Virus record (IMG/VR): IMGVR_UViG_3300027898_000010
Coordinates: 1-54,456 of that record
From: a virus
Lineage: Duplodnaviria > Caudoviricetes
Length of the DNA stretch: 54,456 nt
Direction: 5' to 3' (one strand)
The position numbers were made by a program, and so were the translations under genes. Below are positions 36,697-45,891 of the stretch, in pieces (positions within the stretch are counted from its first letter, which is position 1; each line of letters begins with the position of its first letter). The notes beneath the pieces are model-generated. The model made no database searches. It worked only from the letters and a program-made list of their open reading frames with translations, and was not told the DNA's origin.

Positions 36697-39024
36697 CTAT
36701 CGGGTTGCGAGTGCGGGTCCAGGCGCGCCAGGGCCATCCTGGGGCGGAACAGGCATGCCGCCGGGTTGGCCAAGGCGCGGCGCCTGGCCGGGAAGAACGG
36801 GTGGGGGCGGGGGCATAGCCGCCCGCGGCAATGGAGGGCCGCCAGATGGCGGTGCAGGACCACCTGGCGGCATTCCCGGGGCGCCAGGAAGGGCCACGCC
36901 CACGGGGTTCATAAAGGCATTCATGGTTGAGTTCGGGTTTCCGGGGCCGCCCATCTGCGAGACGATGGTGGGCGATCCCCAGACGATCGGGAACTCCTGG
37001 AACATCTGCGGCGTGGCCATCGAGGCGACCAGCTGCGCCATGGCGTCGGCGCGCGTCTTCTCGCCCTTGGCAATCTCGCTGTCGACCTTGGCGGCAGCAA
37101 GCAGCGCTTCGAGTTCGGCCATTTTCGCCTGCATGGCGACGGCTTGCGGATTGGGCGCGGTTGCCTCATCGATGAGAGCAAACAGCCGGTCTTTGTTCGG
37201 CACGCCGGAGAGCGTGATCAGGATCTTACCCATCGGGGTCAGCGCGGTCGGCCCCATTTGAGCGAGCTTGTCCATAAGCTCCTCGTTCATGGTGACGGTG
37301 TCGGGGCCTTCCTCGATGATGATATTGACGTCCATTTGAGCAACGTCGTTCCGGATCGTCATCTGGCCGGTCTGGGGGTCCTGCACCGGCTGGTTGATGC
37401 CGATGAACTTGAAGCCCTTGTCGTCGTCGGTGACGGAGAACCATAGCTCTTGGGTCCAGAACTGGCGCACGAGAAGCCAGTTGCGGCGGTAGCTGGTGAT
37501 CTTGAACTCGCGGTGGCGCTCGAAGATCGGCGACATTTCCGTCATGCCGGCATTCTGCTTTGCCAGGATCGCACGGCCAGACTGCGACTCGGTACCCTGA
37601 CCCTCGCCCATCATGGCGGGGTTCGGCCCGTAGTTCGCCATCTGCGAGACAGCGACCTCCAAGAGCTTCGCCTGCCCGGCGATCTCCGAATCGAGCGTGA
37701 CGATTTGGAACTTCTTGTCGATGCCGTCCTTGCCCCTGGGGTTCAGCATGATCACGCCGTCTGGGCGCTTGGCTTGCTCGCGGGCGTGGTTCACGTCGTC
37801 AACGGCGCCCTTATCCGCGATGATCTGCCGGACGGACATCATCCACAGCAGACGCGAGTGGCGGGCGTTGATGGCGTCCTGAATGGGGATCAGGTCCTTG
37901 ACGACGCCGTAGCGCTCGCCGCCCTCGTCGACGTTGCACGAGGAAGCGATGATAGGGCAGTAGGTCTCGCCGTCTTCATCGACGTAGAGCGAAGGCTCGT
38001 CGTAAAGCTTGATCGCGCCGCAGAAGTAGCAGCACCGCCACTGGCCCTTGTACCGATAGTACAGGTGCACGATGCGGACGCGGCCAAGGACCGACGACCA
38101 CCACTCTGACTTGACGCGGGACCACTCGCCTGGAACGCCGCCCGAGCGGGTCGGATCGCCAAGGCCGGAGAGCGAGCGCATCATGTCGGCGCTGTCGGGC
38201 CGCCCGAGCTTGTCGAAAAGCTCCTCGGCGTCCTCGATATCCATCCACGTCCACTCGCCAAGGAACTTGGCGTCGGCGAAGTCCCAATCCATCGAGCGCG
38301 GGTCGTAGATGAACTGGATTGCCGGAATGCGCCGGTTCTTCAATTCGACCTTGTTGGTGAAGCCCTTTTGCTCGGCGCCTTGCCACATAGCGCCAATGCC
38401 ACGAACGAAGAAGTCGCGGCCTGCCTCGCTAAACAGGATCGGCGCGCGATTCTGGTCGTGGACCTCGCGCAAGGCGGCCGTCGCCGCATCGCAGTCGCCT
38501 TCGTGCTTGGGCGTGCGGGGCTGAGCCTTCGGATCGCGCCGAAGGCGTTGCTCGATACCGATGTACGAATCGACCTTCTTGCGCAGCTCGTTGAAATAGG
38601 TTGGCGGTTGGGACCGGCGGGCAAAGATGGCCAGCTGCTCGGGCGTGAACTGCTTGCCGTGATAGTACCGCTCGTACCCCAACTGATTGACCAGCTCAGG
38701 CAGCTTCGTGGCAATCCAGGCCTGATACATTTCGACCAGGCGGGAGCCGGGCAAGCCGTCCTCGCCGCCGGTGTACTGGTTGCCCTTGGCGACCCGGTCC
38801 ATGGCCGCGCCGCTTGAGCCGACAGACGGGCCGCCCTGCGCCTCGATGCCGAACATGCCCGCCACTTCGCTCTGCGGATCAGCATCGGCCATCGGGTCCA
38901 TATCGATGGGGTCGTGGTTGATTCCGGCGGAGGCAAGAGCCTGCTGCAGCTGCGCAAGCGCATCCCCGCCAGACGGTGGTCCCGGCATGGAAGGGGGTTG
39001 CGGCTGTGGCTGCTGATTGAACAA
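36697..39024 (-). CDS. Portal protein (P22-like) with Pro-rich termini
   Basis: RYYHGKQF...YDPRS..WDFADA...YGVVKDLIPIQDAIN...SGRAILAKQNAG; start codon uncertain. Confidence 0.9.
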   Translation of the reverse strand: MFNQQPQPQPPSMPGPPSGGDALAQLQQALASAGINHDPIDMDPMADADPQSEVAGMFGIEAQGGPSVGSSGAAMDRVAKGNQYTGGEDGLPGSRLVEMYQAWIATKLPELVNQLGYERYYHGKQFTPEQLAIFARRSQPPTYFNELRKKVDSYIGIEQRLRRDPKAQPRTPKHEGDCDAATAALREVHDQNRAPILFSEAGRDFFVRGIGAMWQGAEQKGFTNKVELKNRRIPAIQFIYDPRSMDWDFADAKFLGEWTWMDIEDAEELFDKLGRPDSADMMRSLSGLGDPTRSGGVPGEWSRVKSEWWSSVLGRVRIVHLYYRYKGQWRCCYFCGAIKLYDEPSLYVDEDGETYCPIIASSCNVDEGGERYGVVKDLIPIQDAINARHSRLLWMMSVRQIIADKGAVDDVNHAREQAKRPDGVIMLNPRGKDGIDKKFQIVTLDSEIAGQAKLLEVAVSQMANYGPNPAMMGEGQGTESQSGRAILAKQNAGMTEMSPIFERHREFKITSYRRNWLLVRQFWTQELWFSVTDDDKGFKFIGINQPVQDPQTGQMTIRNDVAQMDVNIIIEEGPDTVTMNEELMDKLAQMGPTALTPMGKILITLSGVPNKDRLFALIDEATAPNPQAVAMQAKMAELEALLAAAKVDSEIAKGEKTRADAMAQLVASMATPQMFQEFPIVWGSPTIVSQMGGPGNPNSTMNAFMNPVGVALPGAPGMPPGGPAPPSGGPPLPRAAMPPPPPVLPGQAPRLGQPGGMPVPPQDGPGAPGPALATR

Positions 39025-39122
39025 GCGGTGCGGCTCCGATCAGGGATGCCCATGCGTGGGCAGCTTTCGAGCCGTCGTCAATCCGACAGCGCCAATTGCA
39101 CGGAAGGGTGTGGCAACGAATA

Positions 39123-39194
39123 TGGAATATTTATCCACATTTGCTGGTGGCGGGCGTTTCTCCAGTTGCAATGTGGAAGGATTTTCCCCATCAT
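39123..39194 (+). promoter_or_regulatory. Two near-match operators (39123-39137, 39174-39188) and a candidate promoter TTGCAA-17-CATCAT
   Basis: TGGAA-TATTT-ATCCA and TGGAA-GGATT-TTCCC upstream of the second inserted module. Confidence 0.6.
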
Positions 39195-39235
39195 GGGTGG
39201 GCATCAGGCTACCAAGCCAGACAACGGAGACGAGC

Positions 39236-39472
39236 ATGGCCACGCTAGCGCGCATAGACGACACCCTGATCGCCCGCATCCTGGACATGATCCTCCACGA
39301 TCAGCGCGACGAGATCAACGAGGCTCTGGCCGATCAAGCTGGCGACGAGACAGCACCGCAGATCCAGGGCATCCGCACATTCGAGGAAGTCGGGGTTCTG
39401 ACCACCGACGAAGGCCTCGTGATCCGGCTGAACAACGGCCAGTGCGTCTACCTCACCATTCAGGTCCAATAG
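39236..39472 (+). CDS. Small acidic protein
   Basis: GGAG RBS; IRTFEEVGVLTTDEGLVIRLNNG. Confidence 0.7.
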   Translation: MATLARIDDTLIARILDMILHDQRDEINEALADQAGDETAPQIQGIRTFEEVGVLTTDEGLVIRLNNGQCVYLTIQVQ

Positions 39473-39481
39473 GAGCACCCC

Positions 39482-39658
39482 ATGACGCCCCTCCAGCAGC
39501 GCCGCCTGCACGGCATCATCGAGAGCATCTATGCTGACGCCGCATCGAGCCTGCAGAAGCCCCGCGACTTCTCCGCGACGATACTCGATGCGCTGCACAG
39601 CGCGGGGTTCGGTGTTCAGGTCATCGACATCACGGTGCCAAGCGGAGAGCGGCGATGA
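39482..39658 (+). CDS. Hypothetical protein, 58 aa (not in the ORF track)
   Basis: AGGAG RBS; MTPLQQRRLHGIIESIYADAASSL... Confidence 0.6.
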   Translation: MTPLQQRRLHGIIESIYADAASSLQKPRDFSATILDALHSAGFGVQVIDITVPSGERR

Positions 39659-39772
39659 TGAGGCGAATTTTGGCGTGGTTGCGTGAGAGACGGCGGCCGA
39701 CAGGGCACAACACATGTGAGTGCACGTCATGCCGGGAGGATTATGACTATGACAGATGGAGCAGGGACTAAC

Positions 39773-40003
39773 ATGAGAGTTCGGATAGCGAGCAAGCTCA
39801 AGTGGCTCAACGGCCAGCGCGGCGAATACCTTCACGATGACCCAGATGGCGGAGTGAGTTGGGCCGTCGTCCGGCTCACGAGCGGCGATGTGATCACTGT
39901 ACACAAGCGGCAGATCAGCGAAGTCGATGGCCTGCCGTCGCCAGCGTCAGTGCGCCCGGTGGTGGTTCAGTACAGGCCCAGCCGCGGGAGGGTGAGGGCA
40001 TGA
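39773..40003 (+). CDS. Small beta-rich (SH3/KOW-like) protein
   Basis: MRVRIASKLKWLNGQRG...AVVRLTSGDVITV. Confidence 0.5.
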   Translation: MRVRIASKLKWLNGQRGEYLHDDPDGGVSWAVVRLTSGDVITVHKRQISEVDGLPSPASVRPVVVQYRPSRGRVRA

Positions 40004-40015
40004 AGGCTCCGCGGC

Positions 40016-40420
40016 ATGCAAACATTGCGAGACGAAGCGATGAGTAGGGGAGCAGAAATCGCGGCCCGCTGGATCGTCATGAGCAACAAAGCTGTCGAGG
40101 GCGCTGCCCGTGCCGCGTTGGCCGCGGAAATCGACGTTGCGATAGCTCTGGCCACAGCCCCATTTCGCATCGAATTCCCGCCGGGGCCGGAGCGGAGGCC
40201 AGATCCACACCGCATGGGGCGACGGGAGGCTTCTCAATACTTGCGCGAACGGCATTGCATAAATCTCGGCGTGCAGACGCTGGCAAAGTTAGAGTGCTTG
40301 GGGAAGGGGCCTGCAATGACGAAATCCGGCAAAGCTTGCATCTATACGCCAGCCGACCTCGACACCTGGGTGAGAGCACGCACCGTGAGGGGGAAAGCCC
40401 ATGGCCCAACGCAACTCTGA
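40016..40420 (+). CDS. Excisionase/AlpA-like HTH protein
   Basis: RREASQYL...VQTLAKL...GKGP...IYTPADLDTW. Confidence 0.7.
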   Translation: MQTLRDEAMSRGAEIAARWIVMSNKAVEGAARAALAAEIDVAIALATAPFRIEFPPGPERRPDPHRMGRREASQYLRERHCINLGVQTLAKLECLGKGPAMTKSGKACIYTPADLDTWVRARTVRGKAHGPTQL

Positions 40421-40991
40421 CTACGCCCGGAAACCTCTAGATTTGTATTCCACGCCGACCTGGGTGACGCTCGCCCTCATTCCGCACATGCCGGACATCG
40501 AATCGGTGTGGGAGCCAGCCTGCGGTAACGGCGCCATCATCAGAGCGCTCAAGGATCACGGCATCACCTCGGTCGTCGGCACCGATATCGCGATGGGGCC
40601 GGAGTTCGACTTCATGCGGCAGGGACCGCTCAATTCTCCGCTCACCTCGCCGAGCCGAGTCGACATCATAACCAACCCGCCGTACTGCATGGCGCAAGCC
40701 TTCGTCGAGCGTGCCCTCACACTCCAATTCGGGGGCGGTGGCCGGGTTGCCATGCTGCTGAGCAACGACTTCGACCACGCCAAGACGCGCCGGCACCTGT
40801 TCGCAGACTGCCCGATCTTTGCTAAGAAGGTCACGCTCACCCGTCGAATCGTGTGGTTCGATCCAGCGGAGGAAAACGCCAGGCGCAAGGTTGCCGGGCT
40901 CAAGCCGTTGGGCGGACCCAGTGCCATCCATGCCTGGTATCTATGGGACCACCTGCACGACGGAGAGCCGACAATCGGCTGGGGAGAATGA
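40401..40991 (+). CDS. Small DNA N6-adenine methyltransferase
   Basis: DLYSTPTW, WEPACGNGAI, IITNPPY. Confidence 0.85.
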   Translation: MAQRNSDYARKPLDLYSTPTWVTLALIPHMPDIESVWEPACGNGAIIRALKDHGITSVVGTDIAMGPEFDFMRQGPLNSPLTSPSRVDIITNPPYCMAQAFVERALTLQFGGGGRVAMLLSNDFDHAKTRRHLFADCPIFAKKVTLTRRIVWFDPAEENARRKVAGLKPLGGPSAIHAWYLWDHLHDGEPTIGWGE

Positions 40992-40994
40992 CCG

Positions 40995-41156
40995 ATGCGT
41001 GAGTTCTGGCTGAACCTGATCTTCCCGGGGCTGTCGAAGGCACGGTCCGAACGCGAAAGCGCCGCGGCAGGGTTTGATGCCTACCAGCGGCGAAAGGAAG
41101 GACGGCTCCAGCGCCTCCTCAAGTCCCTACGCGATGGGACCATCAGCGAGGGCTAG
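40995..41156 (+). CDS. Hypothetical protein, 53 aa (not in the ORF track)
   Basis: GGGGAG upstream; MREFWLNLIFPGLSKAR... Confidence 0.45.
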   Translation: MREFWLNLIFPGLSKARSERESAAAGFDAYQRRKEGRLQRLLKSLRDGTISEG

Positions 41157-41189
41157 AACGGCAAGTCCGATGGTGTTCCTTTCGGGTTG

Positions 41190-41435
41190 CTAGTTAGTGT
41201 CGGGGTCGACAAGCTCGCGCCGCTGGTTGCCGACGACGACAACGGCACCGCGCCGGGTGAGACGCGCCAGGCAGCCGTAAGCGCTAGCCTCGTTCTTCCA
41301 GCCCATGTGCAGCGCAATGGCCTTGTTAGACGGGAACCCGCGACCGGCGTCGATCTCGGCGCGAACGAAGTCGAGTACGCGCTGCTGCTGGGGCGGGAGC
41401 AGACCCGATGGACGGCGCAGAAGGGGCAAGCTCAC
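41190..41435 (-). CDS. LexA N-terminal-like winged-helix protein
   Basis: QQRVLDFV...GFPSNKAIALHMGW...LARLTRRG. Confidence 0.75.
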   Translation of the reverse strand: MSLPLLRRPSGLLPPQQQRVLDFVRAEIDAGRGFPSNKAIALHMGWKNEASAYGCLARLTRRGAVVVVGNQRRELVDPDTN

Positions 41436-43264
41436 GGTGCGCTCTCCATCATTTCGATCCGGCGCCCGATCCAGCGCATGACGTTGACAGCCATCGAGTT
41501 ACCGAGCGCTTTGTAGCGTGGGCCATCGGCGGCGGGCTTGCCGCGGTAGGGAACCGCAGAATATCCTCGCGGGAAGCCCTGCAAAAACTCGCACTCTTCG
41601 ACCGTCAATCTTCTGACCTGCCAACTGGTGAGTGTTGATTTACCTTCACTGCTTGCGGGTCGCCGTACTTTTTGAACCGCTGATAGTGCTTGTCGCAGTA
41701 GCCTAACCCCTTCTGCGGCTTCCCACAGATCGTGCATGAGCCTTTCGGCTTGTGCTCCTCGTTGTGACAACTCCGACAAATACGCTCCAAGTTCTCGGGC
41801 GAGTTGTTGAGATGGTTGCCATTCTTGTGGTGGACATCTCTCGCCAAAGGATTCCCGCAGCGATTGCACGGCCCCTGCGGAACGATCTTCCTCGCGTGAT
41901 AATGCGCAGTAGACCACCCAACGTCTGGAGAATGCCGCTGGTCGAAGTTCGCTGCCATGCAGCGCTGATCGCAGAATTTCCGGCGATTGAAGTGTATCAA
42001 GTATTCCAAGTCCCCATTGGGCAAACGCTTCCTCTCCAAGCGCGCTGCGCACTCCACGCAATAGCGCTCCGGAGTCGGTTTGCGATGGGCAGGCATGGCA
42101 TTCTCCCGAAAACTCTAACAACGTAATAGCAGCCGGATCGCTGCCCGTATTCAGGCAATCCGTGACGTCGCCGGTCTCGTAGCAGCCGTCATTCCCCGTA
42201 GTGCGGTAGGCCAGCGTCGGCGCGCGGCCGTGGGCTGGGATCGGATGACACGGATCTCCCTGCGCCGGGTTGCTGCGATTGGCGGCGCTGGTGATCTGGG
42301 TCTCGTCGAAGACAACCGGCAACAGTCGGCCCGCAAACGCATCTTGTGTCGTGCCGCCCTTGTTTCCTGCCGTGTCGAGTGTGCCAGCCACGGCCACGAA
42401 CGTCTCGCTCTCGAAGTCAAAACGCCCCGAGCCGCCGTGCGCGGTCTGCGCGTTCGCTACGTCGATCGGACCGGCTTGGTTGTTACCGCCGAATGCGAGC
42501 AAGCTGTCGCACGTATCAGCGTCGGTGCCATATGGTCTATCACCGCCTGTAGAGTTTCCGCCCGCCCGCAGGCACGGCGCAACATCGCTCGCGATCAATC
42601 CTCCGTCGCAGTCGAAGTCGGTTCCAAGTCCGCCACCGCCCTTAGTGCGCGCGCTAAGAGTGGGGGCAGGGTTTTGCCCCGCTTGGCGGCGCGGCGGAGA
42701 ATTCCCGAGCAGGCTCTCGCGCTCAAATAGTACCGCTGCGGCACGTCGCCAGTCTCCAGCACATCCGACAACGAACACACGCCGTCGTCGTTGAGGGACA
42801 GCCCGGCCAAACCCGTCCACTCGGACAAACTGAGCGTCCAGCACTCGGTAGGCGAGACCATACCCGCATTCTGCCAGCCCTCCGAGGATGGAGGCGAAAG
42901 CCCCTCCCCGGTCCATGCTGAGCACACCGGGGACGTTCTCCCAGATGACCCAGCGGGGGCGCAGGCGGCGAGCCAGGAGGCAAAATTCGAGCGCCAGGTT
43001 ACCACGCTCGTCATCCAATCCGCCTCTGAGACCGGCGATGCTGAACGACTGGCACGGGGTGCCTCCGACGAGAACATCGATAGCTGCATAGTCGTTGGCC
43101 CCAATCGTTGTAAAATCGCCGTGCAGCGGTACGTGCGGATAGTGGTGCTTCAGGACCGCGCGCGGAAACGCCTCGATCTCGCTGAAAAACGCCGGACGCC
43201 AACCGAGCGGATGCCAGGCGACGGACGCAGCCTCGATGCCGGAGCAGACGGAGCCGTAGATCAA
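41432..43264 (-). CDS. DNA cytosine-5 methyltransferase
   Basis: SVCSGI, GGTPCQ, WENVPG, QRRRRVF, RRLTVEECEFLQGFP, YKALGNS. Confidence 0.9.
   Translation of the reverse strand: MIYGSVCSGIEAASVAWHPLGWRPAFFSEIEAFPRAVLKHHYPHVPLHGDFTTIGANDYAAIDVLVGGTPCQSFSIAGLRGGLDDERGNLALEFCLLARRLRPRWVIWENVPGVLSMDRGGAFASILGGLAECGYGLAYRVLDAQFVRVDGFGRAVPQRRRRVFVVGCAGDWRRAAAVLFERESLLGNSPPRRQAGQNPAPTLSARTKGGGGLGTDFDCDGGLIASDVAPCLRAGGNSTGGDRPYGTDADTCDSLLAFGGNNQAGPIDVANAQTAHGGSGRFDFESETFVAVAGTLDTAGNKGGTTQDAFAGRLLPVVFDETQITSAANRSNPAQGDPCHPIPAHGRAPTLAYRTTGNDGCYETGDVTDCLNTGSDPAAITLLEFSGECHACPSQTDSGALLRGVRSALGEEAFAQWGLGILDTLQSPEILRSALHGSELRPAAFSRRWVVYCALSREEDRSAGAVQSLRESFGERCPPQEWQPSQQLARELGAYLSELSQRGAQAERLMHDLWEAAEGVRLLRQALSAVQKVRRPASSEGKSTLTSWQVRRLTVEECEFLQGFPRGYSAVPYRGKPAADGPRYKALGNSMAVNVMRWIGRRIEMMESAP
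41605..42096 (-). CDS. HNH endonuclease nested out of frame within the C5 MTase
   Basis: GGGAG RBS; CVEC, FCDQRC, CNRC...DVHHKNGNHLNNSPENLERICRSCHNEEH, CTIC...YCDKHY. Confidence 0.85.
   Translation of the reverse strand: MPAHRKPTPERYCVECAARLERKRLPNGDLEYLIHFNRRKFCDQRCMAANFDQRHSPDVGWSTAHYHARKIVPQGPCNRCGNPLARDVHHKNGNHLNNSPENLERICRSCHNEEHKPKGSCTICGKPQKGLGYCDKHYQRFKKYGDPQAVKVNQHSPVGRSED
42595..43089 (-). CDS. Alternate-frame ORF resembling the M.EcoHK31I beta polypeptide
   Basis: WQNAGM...CWT...CSLSDVLET...YYLSARACSGILRRAAKRGKTLP, nested in the MTase 5' half; resemblance judged from memory. Confidence 0.6.
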   Translation of the reverse strand: MQLSMFSSEAPRASRSASPVSEADWMTSVVTWRSNFASWLAACAPAGSSGRTSPVCSAWTGEGLSPPSSEGWQNAGMVSPTECWTLSLSEWTGLAGLSLNDDGVCSLSDVLETGDVPQRYYLSARACSGILRRAAKRGKTLPPLLARALRAVADLEPTSTATED

Positions 43265-43677
43265 GGTCCGCCCCCTTCATCACCAGCCATGTGCAGGATG
43301 TCGCGCACCTGCCGGGGGCGCTTCAGCGGCACGACGTTGGCGCCGTAGTCCTGCGCGGTAGGCACCGGATCGAACAGGCCATCGAGCCGCAGGAAGCCGT
43401 CACAGCGCCATAGGCTCTCCGGCAGCTGACCATCGGCCATCAGGAACCAAAGTTGCACATGAGCGCCCTCGGAGGCCTCGTGACGAACGGACACCCATCG
43501 GAACCGGACAAGCTGATGGTTTACAGTCGCTGCGGGATCAGCCACCGCAAGAGCGGGTGCCTCCGACAGCATGGGAATGACCACCGGACGAAGCTCCGAC
43601 GGCACGCCGTACCTTGCTGCGACTTGCCCCGCCACCTTCCCAAGAAGCCGGCCAGTTTGGTCGATGATATCGAACAT
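43261..43677 (-). CDS. Hypothetical protein
   Basis: GGAGG RBS before ATG 43677; coupled to the MTase. Confidence 0.65.
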   Translation of the reverse strand: MFDIIDQTGRLLGKVAGQVAARYGVPSELRPVVIPMLSEAPALAVADPAATVNHQLVRFRWVSVRHEASEGAHVQLWFLMADGQLPESLWRCDGFLRLDGLFDPVPTAQDYGANVVPLKRPRQVRDILHMAGDEGGGP

Positions 43678-43693
43678 GATGCGCCCTCCATTT

Positions 43694-43712
43694 TGTGGAA
43701 ATTTATTCCACA
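43694..43712. promoter_or_regulatory. Operator copy TGTGGAA-ATTTA-TTCCACA
   Basis: Perfect 7-bp inverted repeat upstream of the MTase operon. Confidence 0.7.
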
Positions 43713-43757
43713 TTCTCGAGCGCAAGTCGAGGTTCGATCGCCACCCATCCCCAGGCA

Positions 43758-45437
43758 TCACACGGTCTGCCAGTCGTTATCGGGTGCATCGCTACGGCCG
43801 GGCTCGACGTAGTCGTCCAGGTGGTTGACGACGGCGGGCGGGGGAATATGGCCTTCGACCATGGAGTCGAGCAAGCGCCCGACGAGGCCCGAGGCGTCCA
43901 CCTGGTCGTCATGCGCGGCGGTCGGGAATTGGGTTAGCTCGCGCACGTACTCCTCGACCCAGGGGTGGCTCGCATCGACGGAGATTGTCGGCAGGAACAC
44001 GCGCTTGGGGCCGGTGGCGCCGAGGGCAAGCTGGCCCTGGAAGGACCGGGCGCGCATGGCCTTGTCCTGGCGCCCCATCGAGAACTGCTCCATGGCGCCG
44101 TAGATCTTGCGCTCCTCCATCCGGCGGCGGATGAACGGGCCGATCGAGTTGACGATCTGGTCGCGGTCGGTTGCCCAATTCAGGGTGTCGTAGTCGCGCA
44201 TCAGATCGAGCATGGCGTCGACACCGACGTCGGTTGTGCACTGCTGGCGCCAGACTTTGACGATGTAGATGTTTCCCACCGGACACACGGCGAAGACCAG
44301 GTGCACGGTCCAGTCGCCGCCGTTGGACGTGATGGCGAAGTCCGACGCGCCATAGAAGCGGCAGTATTCCGGCACGACGGGATACCAGCCGAACCATTCC
44401 TTCTTGAAGAACAGGCCCTCGTCGAGCGACGGACGCTGTTGGTAGAGCGAGGCCCAATCGCGAGCGCGCGCGGGGTTATCGCGGATCTTGAACATATCCT
44501 CGGCCTTGAACCACTCCGGCCAGAGGAGATCGCCGGGAGCGCGCCCTAAGGGATCGTCGCGGCGCTCGCAAATCATCGGCAGGTTCACGACGTACCAGTA
44601 ATGGCCGTCCTTACAGCGCGCGATGCCGGTGCGTCCGTCGTAGTTGTCCGGAAGAAGCCGCCCAGCGAGATCGAGATGACTCCAGCGCGTCTGAATGAGC
44701 ATCTGCCACGCGTCCGGCTTCAGCCGGGTGAGGAACGACGAGTTGTACTCCTCCCACGTCGCGGTGGAGATCGCCTCGCTGTCTGCGTCAGCACGGTTGC
44801 GCACGGGGTCGTCGATGATGCCGACATCGCAACGGCGGCCCGTGATGCCGGCGCGGATGCCCCGCCCGAGATAGCCGCTATCGTTCTGCAGATCCCACTC
44901 GTCCGCGGCGCTGGTTTCCGCAGAGAGGCCGATGCCGAAGATATCGCGAAAATCCTCGCTCTTCGCCACCGAACGGCAACGGCGGCCGAACGAGCGCGCC
45001 AGAGACTGCTCGAACGAACAGGCCAGGATCTGCTGGCGCGGTTTGCGGCCCATGAAGTACGGCGGGAAGCCAACCGAGGCATACGTGCTTTTGGCCGCAC
45101 CAGGCGGCAGGAAGAACATGACCCGCTTGACGATGCCGCTGGGGGTTTGCACGCCGCCCTCAACCATGGCCTCCATCACGTCGATCAGAAGATCGTGGTG
45201 GGCTGCCGGGCGAATGCGGACGGGGTAGAACGTCTCGCACTCAGGGTCGTCGGGATCGAGCGGAGCGCCCGGGAGGTCAATTGACTTCAGAAATTCCCGG
45301 TAGCTTGCGCGCGCCCGCGTTCTGCGTTCCTCCTCCCACGTCCTCCGCAGGAGAGCCCAATCCGAGGCGTTCAGCGAGCTCAAGCGCTCGGGCGCGATCA
45401 CTCGCGAGAGCCTCGGTGCGGTTTGGTCCGTCCTCAT
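43758..45437 (-). CDS. terL: Terminase large subunit
   Basis: PPGAAKST, GITGRR, IIDDP, QTRW, LYQQRP, FPTAAHDDQVDA. Confidence 0.92.
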   Translation of the reverse strand: MRTDQTAPRLSRVIAPERLSSLNASDWALLRRTWEEERRTRARASYREFLKSIDLPGAPLDPDDPECETFYPVRIRPAAHHDLLIDVMEAMVEGGVQTPSGIVKRVMFFLPPGAAKSTYASVGFPPYFMGRKPRQQILACSFEQSLARSFGRRCRSVAKSEDFRDIFGIGLSAETSAADEWDLQNDSGYLGRGIRAGITGRRCDVGIIDDPVRNRADADSEAISTATWEEYNSSFLTRLKPDAWQMLIQTRWSHLDLAGRLLPDNYDGRTGIARCKDGHYWYVVNLPMICERRDDPLGRAPGDLLWPEWFKAEDMFKIRDNPARARDWASLYQQRPSLDEGLFFKKEWFGWYPVVPEYCRFYGASDFAITSNGGDWTVHLVFAVCPVGNIYIVKVWRQQCTTDVGVDAMLDLMRDYDTLNWATDRDQIVNSIGPFIRRRMEERKIYGAMEQFSMGRQDKAMRARSFQGQLALGATGPKRVFLPTISVDASHPWVEEYVRELTQFPTAAHDDQVDASGLVGRLLDSMVEGHIPPPAVVNHLDDYVEPGRSDAPDNDWQTV

Positions 45438-45891
45438 TGGTGACCTCTACGACGTCCTTCTGCCCGAGGTATTGCTTCCCGAGCCAAATCAAGATGCTGG
45501 CGTTCTTGTCAGCCATCGAGAACTGCTTGCGCCTAATGGAGATACGGAACTTCATCCCGCCGCGTTCGCGGGCCTCCAGAACGCTTTTGTTGGCCTTTAG
45601 AAACGCGTAGAGCGTTGCGGTGCTCACGTTGAGCATCGACGCGATTTCCTCGTCGGTGCTGCCGATGCCCGACAACCCCTCAACCATGGCAATCGTGCTT
45701 TCGTCGGCCTGCAGCTTGGGCGGCCTGCCGGTTTTCTTCGCCTCCAGAACCGCATCTGGCATGCGAGGCGGAGGCGGCTTCTTGTCCAGCTTAGCGCCCT
45801 TCTTAAGGCCGCGCCGCTTACCATCGGCTGGGGGCGTCTTGCCGCCCTGACGGCCATATTCGGCCTGCGTTTTGCGTTGAGGCTTGCTCAT
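45277..45891 (-). CDS. terS: Terminase small subunit
   Basis: GRPPK, HTH TDEEIASMLNVSTATL, ILIWLGKQYLGQKD; directly upstream of terL. Confidence 0.8.
   Translation of the reverse strand: MSKPQRKTQAEYGRQGGKTPPADGKRRGLKKGAKLDKKPPPPRMPDAVLEAKKTGRPPKLQADESTIAMVEGLSGIGSTDEEIASMLNVSTATLYAFLKANKSVLEARERGGMKFRISIRRKQFSMADKNASILIWLGKQYLGQKDVVEVTNEDGPNRTEALASDRARALELAERLGLGSPAEDVGGGTQNAGARKLPGISEVN

Noticed and set aside
36442-36900. Pro/Gly-rich repeats in the portal tail, 36442-36687 and 18132-18470
   Set aside because: Protein-level low complexity, not a DNA repeat array.
42151-42420. Third alternate-frame ORF within the C5 MTase
   Set aside because: Arg-rich frameshift-like composition, no motif.
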